From Lytechinus pictus (lineage: Eukaryota), in NCBI RefSeq assembly GCF_037042905.1, contig NC_087252.1, positions 20,338,001 to 20,402,000 on the forward strand: a stretch of 64,000 nucleotides of DNA. Direction: 5' to 3'. The notes beneath the pieces are model-generated. The model was given only the letters and a program-made list of their open reading frames with translations. It was not told the origin of the DNA and ran no database searches. Positions 50,601-61,500 of the stretch are shown here, in pieces. Made by a program: the position numbers and the translations under genes. Each line of letters starts with the position of its first letter. The first letter of the stretch is position 1.

Positions 50601-53600
50601 TGGATCCACCACTGATTTGTCCTAAGTTTTCGAATGTGCTCGCTCAACCATGAAAATGTTTAAAGTTCGGAAAGTGTGTGATGATAGAAATGATGGATGA
50701 TAAAAACAACAGCAATTCAGTCATATTTGAAACCGAATTTGCCCCCAAGATTCACTTTATTACCATTTTAAATGAGTCTGTGACATTGAAATACCAATTT
50801 TCCCACTTTGACTTGAAAAATTTATTGAATAAGGGGTTACTTATTCTTAAACATATGCACCTATAATGCACACAAGTCTATGAAAGACGAAGTCAAAATT
50901 TTAACAAATATGAAATGAGGGTTTATTTCATGGAGATTTTTGTTACTTTTGCCAACAGTTATTTCATGAAACTTCGCACATGGCTTCAGAGTAACACTAT
51001 CCAAAAGGCGCGCACACCAAAATAACCATTCGATACGGCACAGAGTGGGGCCAAGGCCTTGAACTTTCTTCTCATTTGCATAATTTTCGAATATTCTGTG
51101 CTCACTGATGCATTAAACATCGGGATTTTCTTAAAAATCAAATCAAATCAACTATGCAAGGAGGTTTGTGACAGATATCCATAGTTTCAAATTGCACTTT
51201 TTCCAGTAACGTAAAAAAAACTAATCACATTCCACATGCTTATTCAAGCGTAGATATTTAATTAAACGCCTTGAATCATTGAAGCATGTTGATTGGTCAT
51301 GAACATAACGACAAAGTTGAGAAATGATCATTTTCAGTTACCAAAATGAAACAATGCTTGCCTATGATACATGTATTTGAAAATCGTATTTTTGTTTTCA
51401 ATAAATGTTCATTTAACCGTGAAACGATGAATATTGTTGAAGAAACTCTTCCCAAAAATAACTGTCATCATATTCTATCATTTTTATAAATAGAAATGTG
51501 TAGAAAATCCAATTATAGCAAATTTGGACCTGTGTTTATTCAACCGTAAAATTTAGCCAAAAAAGTTGTATCGTCTTTTAGAAAGTACCTTTTACGATCC
51601 TTCTGACTATTTTTCATGATGAGAATGTGGAATTAGTTCCAATAAAATGAAATCAAAGTCATGATATTTGGCTTGTGACTTTTGAAAAGTTACATTTTTG
51701 CCTTCTGTCGGTCTTCACTGAAGGATGACGTAAAATACGTTCATACATTTACTCACATGGTAGCTTATAAAATTACCTACACGGCTAGCTCATGTAAAAT
51801 ATATTAAAAACTCGCATTGGTTCGGAAATTATTGATGTTTGTTAAAGGGGGACTTACTTTTTTGTTGTGTGTATATATTCCTGCCCATATAGGCTCCAAC
51901 CAAGATTTTTTTTTTTTGGGGGGGGGGGAGTTGAGGGACATGTACCCCAACCCCCCACCTGTACTTCAGTAGATCAATGACGTAATTTTGGTCAACGTCC
52001 GTTTGACATATGTTGTGCTTCCTGGTAAAACGTTTTAAGTTTGAGGTAGGTAGCGGGTTTTCACACAGCCCGCAGAACGTATTCTAGAACACAGAAAATG
52101 TATTGAAAATGCCGATCAAATGACAATGAACAGCTAGGGGGTCCATTTGTCGAGAATAGTTGAACCGGGAAAGCACTTCAAATTGCAAAATGTTGTCCTT
52201 TGTTTCATTCACCATGTTCCGGCTCCATACGGAATTCTTGGTTGCTCATTTTCATGAAGGACATTTGACAAGGGCCATACGTTCTCAAAAGCGTTTTTTT
52301 GTGTGACTTTTTAGAACCTAATAAGAGTTACAAACCTTAATTTGCTTTATTTAATGAATGTGTGTAATTAACTCTTCTAATCAACTTTAACTATATCAAA
52401 GAGAAATCTGGAAATGACACTCCTCAGGCTCAGCAATCTGCAAACTACGAAAACCTAGCAAGAGGGACAAAGGGGATGCCAAGAATGCCTGAAACAACAT
52501 CAGCAGAGAAATCTGGTAGGTGAAAATTCATCAAAACCTATACAGCTAAGAGCAATGACGTAACTACGGGAGCGGACCGCAATTAATGTGCTTTAAAAAG
52601 CGGGATGTGAGAAAGATGGGTAAGAAAGGTTTCCATGACGTTTGCTCCTATGGCAAATCTGCACGTTAAGCAAGACATGAAGCCGTAACCCTTCATATTA
52701 TTCTGAATAACCCCCCCCCCCCCCTCAATCCCCCTCTAACCCCCTCTAACCCTTTGCCCTCTGAGACAGGAGTAAATACCGCAGAAGCACGTGGTAATAA
52801 TAATATTATACGACTTGTATAGCGCACTTTCCATCTTGAGTAGTTGCTCAAAGCGCTTCAGAGCAGAACACCAAAGACAAATTACATATAATTCAATAAT
52901 AGGTCGATGTTCGTCAAATAGCACTCTTACACGGGCATATTTTCAGGTAGCTCCTGAAGGTGGTCACTGAAGTCTGGATTTTCAAACTCTGTGGAAGATA
53001 TTTCCACAGGTTAGGCCCTGCTTTAGCGAAGATTCGTTCCCCCTGATTTCCCCAAAACTGATCTGGGGAGGGCAGTCATATCGCTGTACACATGCGTGAC
53101 CCCCCAAAATAACCGCGTTTAAAGGGGTGTTCTTGTCAGTTTTGGACGCATGTATTCGTGAAAACCACCGATCTTTTTAAAAAAAGGTGGTTTTGAAAGA
53201 CTGGTCAATGGTCAATCTCGGGGTCAAACGTATTTAGGGTATGTATTTTTCGAAAGCTCTTTTTTAAAGACTAGGCAAACGTGTTTAGGGTATGTTTTTC
53301 CCCCAAGCTTTTTCCTCGTGGTCATATTCTGGCGACAACTTGTTTAGGGCCCAAAAATGTATAAATAAAGCCCGCAAAAAAAAACCTGTTTAGGGGGTTA
53401 TTTTGCACATAAACAGAAACTCGTTTTTATCGGTGTTTGGAAATAATTTTGTTACGCATGTGTACAGCAATACATTTGAGTGCCCCCCCCCCCCCCCCCC
53501 CCAATCTCGGGGAAAAAAACTGGAATTTGTAAGAGGTAAGATGATTGGGATCGTAAAGTTCTTGAGGGTTTGTAATTATGTATCAAAGACTTATTTTAAC

Positions 53601-56600
53601 TGGGGGAAGTTTCATTGACTATGTGAAAGATCAAAAGAAGGATTTTAAAGCGGTCCTTCAGGGGCAACCAGTGAAGAGTTTTGAATATCGGGGTGAATGT
53701 TGCTGCGCTTACTAGACGGAGTTACAATACGCACAGCCGCATTTTGCAACCTCTCCAATTTCCTCAGGTGAGATTCAAGTAATTTATAAGAAGGCTATTA
53801 CCGAAATTGAATAAGAAATGAGTGAATGTACCAGTTTCTCTGTTGCTGTGCGAATGAGATATCTTCTTTTAAAGCTAATATTGTGCAATTGATAACGAAC
53901 TGATCGATACACTGTATGTAGATTCATATAGGCCTAATCTTATTGGACATGGACATGTTGGAATAAAAATAACTCCAAGATTGCCACATTATTTTGACAA
54001 AGGGTTATTGACTGCGATAGAAATGGAATCAATGTCGAATTTGTTGACACTGAGCCAAAAACTAAAAAAATAACATTTTGTTTAATGTCGTTCTTTTCTA
54101 TTGTTAATGATGTTTATAATACAATCTGATCTATTTTATTATGTTCTGGACCCCTAGGCAGAACAGAGTGGTAAAAATTACCACTCTGAATGGGCAATCC
54201 AGCCATTCATATGTATTCATTTTATTTTGTAATCATATCTGATGTATTTTGTTTGTATTTTGCATGGTTTTATGAATGGAAAATAAATACAATACAATAC
54301 AATACATTTACTATGGTTCAGAAATAACGAGTTTGACTTAAACTAAGTAACAATGTCCATTATTCACCTTTCAAGATTTAGCAGCTTGTGTGGCACTTGT
54401 ATGCTTGGGTAAAAATTAAACAAAAATCTGAAGATCATCTGCATATAAACGATATATCGTTTATATGCAGATGATATTCATATTTCACTGTAGTGAACAG
54501 AGTGACGTTAGAAAATATCTTGAAGCCCTGTTTAAAAATGGAAAACAAATTGGTCCTCCAACAGAGCCCTAGAGGACACAGCAGACCAATTGCCTGGATG
54601 AAGAGGTAACACCATTTAGAAGGACTGACTTTGAAATGAATGAAAGATAAGATTTAAGGCTTTGTAGGGCCTTGAACACGTAATCTAGTCAGAGTGTTGA
54701 TTAGTAAGGCGTGGTCTACGGTGTCAAACGCGGCCAACAGATCTAGGAGTACCACCAAATAAAGAGACACGTGATAGCCATTGATAAGAAGTAACTAAGA
54801 GTGATATCACAAAAGCACGGGGAAAACAATGAGCAATGAAACTTATCCGGAATTTTCGTCTATGTATTTCATTTTCGTACAGTTACAGATATTTCCCTAG
54901 ATGAACTCAAGCGTATCTGTCGTTATGGGGGAAGAGAAGCTCTTTTAGCATATTTGCCTGAGAAATTCAGTGATGAAAGATGTGAAGAACTAAAAGGAGA
55001 GAAGTTTTCCGACCACGAAATCAGCTGTTTACTGAAACAATTTATAATAAAGAGAGATGAAAACCCCCTAAGGTTTATAAAGCAGCTTGTACAGGATAAA
55101 CAAACCCCAAGAAATATTCTACGACAGTATCTGCAAGAGGAAACACCCCGCTATGGTAAGGAACATTATTTGAAAAGCTTAGTTGCAAAATGGGTTTGGT
55201 CAATTTTTCATCATTTTTTTTTTGGGGGGGGGTCTCAATGTATAGGCTTTTTAGTAGCTCTAAAAAGTGAAAATCCCATTAAAAAGTGATCTAAGATGGC
55301 AAAGAAATATCACTTTCTTTCAAAAGGGGTTAGGTCCACAAAGAATCTTTATGAAGACAGGTAGATAGCTTTTATACCTAATTCTTTGTTCACATGATAG
55401 GGTAGTACATCATGACAATTTAATTTCTCATAAGAATATTGCAATAATCGTTTCTCGGAATGATCCAAGGTCATTAAATTGGACCTAACACCCTTTGTTA
55501 AAAAAACTCTTCATTTGCCTTTTTGTTATATTTTCAGTGTCCGAAAGGAGAGCGTTGTACATGCGTTACGTCACATATCATGTTCGTATTGACAATGAGA
55601 GGATCTCGATAAAATTACTTATGTCGGACTTAAAATACGATTCTTCTTTCCTTGTTCAATTTTACTCAAACTTTTCTAGCCTGTCTTCTTGCAAAAGGGA
55701 GAGATGACAAAATATTCGATGTAGAACTCGTTGAATTAGCCTATCGCCTCGTCCTATCAGACGTTTATCCCTTTGCCAAAGCACTCAACATCAGTGACGA
55801 AGAGCTTACTCGCTACAAACATAAACTTGGACCTAAAATTATACAACAAGGTACAGGAAAGTTGCTACTCGAGATGAAACATGCAGACGGATCCGCAACT
55901 GGCATTGAAGAGAGACTGGTAATGGTGAATGATTTGAAACAGGCGGGATATCTTAAAGAAGCGAAGACGATAGTGTTTGGTGAGTCACGAATTTTTATTA
56001 ACTTGATTGTTAATTTCTCTCCCACCTCCCTCTCTTCTCACCATGGGCGGAAATCACAGGGGGGGCAGAGGGACGCCTCCCTGTTGCACCCACAAATGTA
56101 ATAACGCCCACAAATGTAATTACACTTTACCCACAAATGTAATAACAGTTTACTCACAAATTTAATAATTTCTGCCACAAATGTAATAATGCACTTTACC
56201 CACAAATGTAATAAATTTGAAGGGGTTTTTGGCGAATCCGTTCAAACTAAAATCCTATAGTAAAGCGTTCATATAGCCATGGACCTATTTTTAAAATGTC
56301 CATGATATAGCACAAAAGTGCAAAGTCTTTTAACCAGACCCGGTTGTTTAAAAAGTTATAATGTAAGTCCAAATTTATTTTCCAGACCCGGTTATTTCAA
56401 AAATTATAATATAAGTCCAAACTACGATATGACAATGATATTCCAGTGGAATAAAAATGAGGATCGAGCTTTGTCTTCTCCAGACCCAGTTAATTAAAGC
56501 TGGTGGAATAAATGTCTTTGTTGTTGTTTCAACTTATAGGGCGCGTATTGTGAATACATTCGCTAAGAGGAAATTCAGAACCAAGCGTATTCTTTTCTCC

Positions 56601-58437
56601 AGACCCTGTTACTTAAAACTAAAACCCTATAGTAATGCGTTCATGTAACATAAAAGTGCAGTCTTTTTTCCATACCCGGTTGTTTCAAAAATTATAATGT
56701 AAGTCCAAAGTCTTTTTCCAGGCCAGGTTGTTTCAAAAATTATACTATAAGTCCATTCTTTTTTCCTGACCCGGTTATTTAAGAAATTATGATCTAAGTC
56801 GAAACTAAGATACCATGATGTTATTCCAGTGGAAAAGAAATGAAAATCGAGCATAGTCTTCAAACCCTGTAATTCCAAAATTATGAATAACTATTCATTA
56901 ACAAAAATTTTTAAACAACCGGGAAAAAAGACTTTGGACTTATATTATCATTTTTGAAATAACCGGGTCTGGAAAAAAGACTTTGGACTTATATTATAAT
57001 TTCTAAAAAACAACCGGGTTTTGAAATAAGACTATGGACTTATATCATAATTTTTTTAACAACCAGGTCTGGAAAAAAGACTTTTTTTCTTATTTTATAA
57101 TTTTTTAATAACCGGGTCTGGAAAAAAAGACTTTGGACTTATATTATAATTTATTTATCAACCGGGTCTGGAAAAAAGACTTTGGACTTATATTATAAAT
57201 TTTGAAACAACCGGGTCTGGAAAAGACTTTGGACTTACTTTATATTTTTTTATTAACCAGGTCTGGAAAAAAGACTTTGCACTTTTGTGCTATATCATGG
57301 ACCTACTACAAAAGGTCCATCGCTATATGAACGCATTACTACAGGATTTTAGTTTAAAACGGATTCGCCAAAAATCCTTTCAAATTTATTTCATTTGTTG
57401 GTAAAGTCATTATTACATTTGTGGGCGAACAAAAATTATTACATTTGTGGGTAAAGTGCATTATTACATTTGTGGGTGAAATTATTACATTTGTGGGTAA
57501 AGTTATTACATTTGTGGGCGTTATTGCACTTGTGGGTAAAGTGTTATTACATTTGTGAACGTTATAATTCCATTTGCGGGCGATTATTACATTTGCGGGT
57601 GTAACAGTCCCCCCCTACCATTTTGGAAAATCAAACACTTTAAGCTCGCACTTCGCGCCCGCTTTAAATGTTTAGATTCCTATCCTGTTGATAATCTTTC
57701 TAAGGTGCTAAGAATGTCCAGTTTTTAGGTTGGAAAATAAAAAACTTTCAGCTCGCGCTTCACGCTCGCATTAATTGTTTAGATTCACATCCTGTTCATA
57801 TTCTTTTTAAAGTGCTATGAATGTCCAGTATTTAGGTTGGAAAATCACAAATTTTCAGCTTGAGCTCGCATCTGTAATATAGTTAAATTCCTATCCTGTT
57901 CATGATTTGAAAAAATGTTACGAATTCTAGTTTTTAGGTTGGAAAATCAAAAACCTTCAGCTCGCGCTTCGCGCTAGCATTATTTTATTAGATTCCTATC
58001 CTGTTGATAATCTTTCTAAGGTGCTAAGAATGTCCAGTTTTTAGGTTGGAAAATAAAAAACTTTCAGCTCGCGCTTCACGCTCGCATTAATTGTTTAGAT
58101 TCACATCCTGTTCATATTCTTTTTAAAGTGCTATGAATGTCCAGTATTTAGGTTGGAAAATCACAAATTTTCAGCTTGAGCTCGCATCTGTAATATAGTT
58201 AAATTCCTATCCTGTTCATGATTTGAAAAAATGTTACGAATTCTAGTTTTTAGGTTGGAAAATCAAAAACCTTCAGCTCGCGCTTCGCGCTAGCATTATT
58301 TTATTAGATTCCTATCCTGTTCATAATTTTCATAAAGATGTTAAGAATGTCCAGTTTTTTAGGTTGAAAAATCAAAAAATTTCAGCCCGCACTCGCATCT
58401 ATTATTTAATTGAATTCCTATTCTGTTCATGATTTAG

Positions 58438-58528
<91 letters not shown>

Positions 58529-61500
58529 TGTGGGTGTGTGGGTGTGTGTGTGTGTGTAAGTGTGAGTTTAAGTTAGTAATTCTGTAGAACATGAAAACGG
58601 AGAACTCAATTGTGTCCCCCTACCTTCAAGGAGAGATTTCCACCCATGTCTGTCACCATGCTCAATGTAATGTTATTTTACACACGCACCGGCATAAATA
58701 CGGTACACCCCGCACACGCACATACACATTTCATATTAAAGTCATTATACAAATGATGCATGCACATGAGCTCATTAGGCGACCTATCCTCACGCGAGTT
58801 GAGGCACTGCTCAATCCATTGCACGAAGTCGTTAGGCTGAGTGGCTAGTGCAATGGTGTGAACACAGCCTGAACGAGAGTGGATACTCTGTAGGTCGCAT
58901 AATGGACGAATGAAGACATGCATTATTTGGTTTATACAACTAATTTTCTAGATTTTAGAGAAGAGAAAAAAGATGGAAATAAGACTTATTTTGCCTTTGT
59001 CTGACAATTCGTTTTCTCTTAAAATATTATATTTCCCTGGTATATGAAAGCTGTTAATTGTTTTTGTTCTTATGTGACGCACTTTGATTAGTGGATCTGA
59101 CTGCGCAATCGCTTAATTCGATGCGTGCAAACACACACACATACTCAATGAACGTATACACACATTATTCATGTTATTAGTTACCATGTTTACACTTGAT
59201 CGGCTTTTGGTTCTGAACCAAAAACCGATGCAGAACCGGCTTTTGGTTTATCTTGAACTGCATTTACACGCTGTTACAGCTCGCGGTTCAGAACCGCGAG
59301 CTGATGCAAAAACCTAAAATGATACGCACACCAACAATATACATCTTAATAAAGACAACGCTGGATCCGTGCGCTTACAATTACGTCACAATGGTAAAGT
59401 TTAGGAAATGCGCACAAATTGCCGATGCAGAATCGGCTTTCAGTTTACACGTAGTAAAAAGGCCGACTCTGCATCGGCTCGCGGTTCAGAACCTACTACT
59501 TTGGTGGTGCGAAATTCCCGACCTTTCGTTTGAGGACGCGCACGCTTATTTACGACGGTAGTTGATTTTGGAAGATAATTTTTGGGCCCGTTATTATGGT
59601 TGTAAAATTCTGTCCTGCAATGCAAATTGTGTGACATGATATTTTTTTCCGTTTCGCATCTGCGACGGAAACATTCAATATGCGTTTCGTGTGCAAAATT
59701 CTGGTTGCTACTATGGTAACAGCGATTTATCCAATTTAGGACGACTTTCCAAATCCACTTTTGGTTCCTCCCAGAGCTCGAGAAGCCGCCCGGGGGCCCA
59801 CTCCCATTGAATTGTGGATACCAGGCGCGAACATACGTAAAAAGGGAACAAGTGGGTAAGTACGTTACGTATAAGCCTATGTAGCGTTATAAGGGTGTCA
59901 AAAACGATGATTAAAATACTGAAAAACGGGATATATTTCCAATACTTGTAGGGTGTCACAACCCAAATACTTAAGAGATGTATTTTCATAATCTGGAAAA
60001 GACTTATTTCCCTTGTTTAGGATGCTTTTCAAAACCCCATGGTCGCACCTGGTATCCACTCATCAATGGAAGTGTACCCCCGGGAAATCCCCCATTTCTG
60101 CGGAAAGAACATACTGCCCATTACATTGTGTGCTAGAGGCATATCGTTTGCGTATAAGGAGCAGGTAAATGAAGAAAACCCCGCAAATTTAGATGTTTTT
60201 TTTTTTTCAGACGGTTTATGGCCTATTGCATGCTGTGTACATGTCAACGCATGCGAAAATGGTTCCGGCTGGAGAGGTGATCTGACTCATGGAATCAATT
60301 GCCAGGGATCCACCAATAATGCACATTAAATGCAATATCGATTCGATGGACTGTAATGATCTATATCTAAGCCTTAATTCGATAAGTTTTTCCTTACTCA
60401 ATATGTACTCGATTTGTCTGAAAAAAACACTTTCTTATCCATGTCATAATCGACATTTCGCATGTCTCCAGCCAGCTGGAGTCATAGCCATGATACAGGT
60501 ACAGTCCCGCCGCGAGCTCAGGCAGGCAAATGGCATGGCATGGCATGCTGTTATCATAGAGCTATTATAGCTCCATGATGGTATCGTATGAAAGAGCTTT
60601 GCACACGAAAAGCAAGATCTATAGGGCCTGTAACACAAAGCTTAGCAATGATTGTAGAACAGTTTTCTACGGTTGATTGTATTGACTGTAATGTATAATC
60701 AATCTGAAAATCGAGTCTATGATTAATCGTTAACTTTTGAGTTACCCGACTCTAAACTCGCGTTGTAGAGGATTGCGAAAGGGCCTATTGTCGGTTCTGA
60801 ACTGCGAGCCGATGCAAGTTAGTCTCGTTTACACGCTATGAAAAAGCCGATGCTGCATCGGTTCAGAACCGCGAGCCGATGCAAAAGCCGATTAATTGTA
60901 AACACGGTAATTGTTACATGTACATTCTGAAGGAGAGAGCTCAACCGTGCAATGGAAAAATAAAAATGCACGGTCGTCGTGCATTGGAAAATCAAATTTG
61001 CATGCAGCACAAAATGGAATTAATATTGAATGGCTTACAACCAATGAAATTACAAGATTCTTTGTATGAGTTGTATAAGGAAACACCTCCGTACCGGCAC
61101 ACACAGTTATCATAAACATGTGTGCCGGTACGGCTCTAACTCTCTTTCCAATCCATTCTTTATTATTGAATGTCTCCCCCTCTTACACTTTCTCCTCGTT
61201 TTTCTACCGATTAAATTTTCAACACTACGATCGTTCGACCCCCCGCCCAAAAACTTTTAGTTCAGTTAGACCATAAAGCTATTAGCTCTATGGTTAGACT
61301 CAGCTTATCATCTACCATCATTATTTCTATAAAACAAAAACAAAGTAATTTTTACACTAACAAAAACAAAATAAGTGATTTTTTTCACAAACTAAAAAAA
61401 ATAGTTATAACCTGCCTCCCTTTCATGAAATCTTTGGGGAAAACATTAAATTCGCGCTTTTCCATATAGATAAATCGCAAAGAACAGTCTTTTTTACAGA

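Noticed and set aside
54494..54605. Extra receptor exon (AG...GT, open frame)
   Set aside because: It ends in phase 2, incompatible with the next phase-1 exon, and it is antisense L2 RT sequence.
58591..61260. Cluster of 60-100-aa ORFs
   Set aside because: No recognisable motifs or consistent splice chain. Most lie within a non-autonomous repeat.
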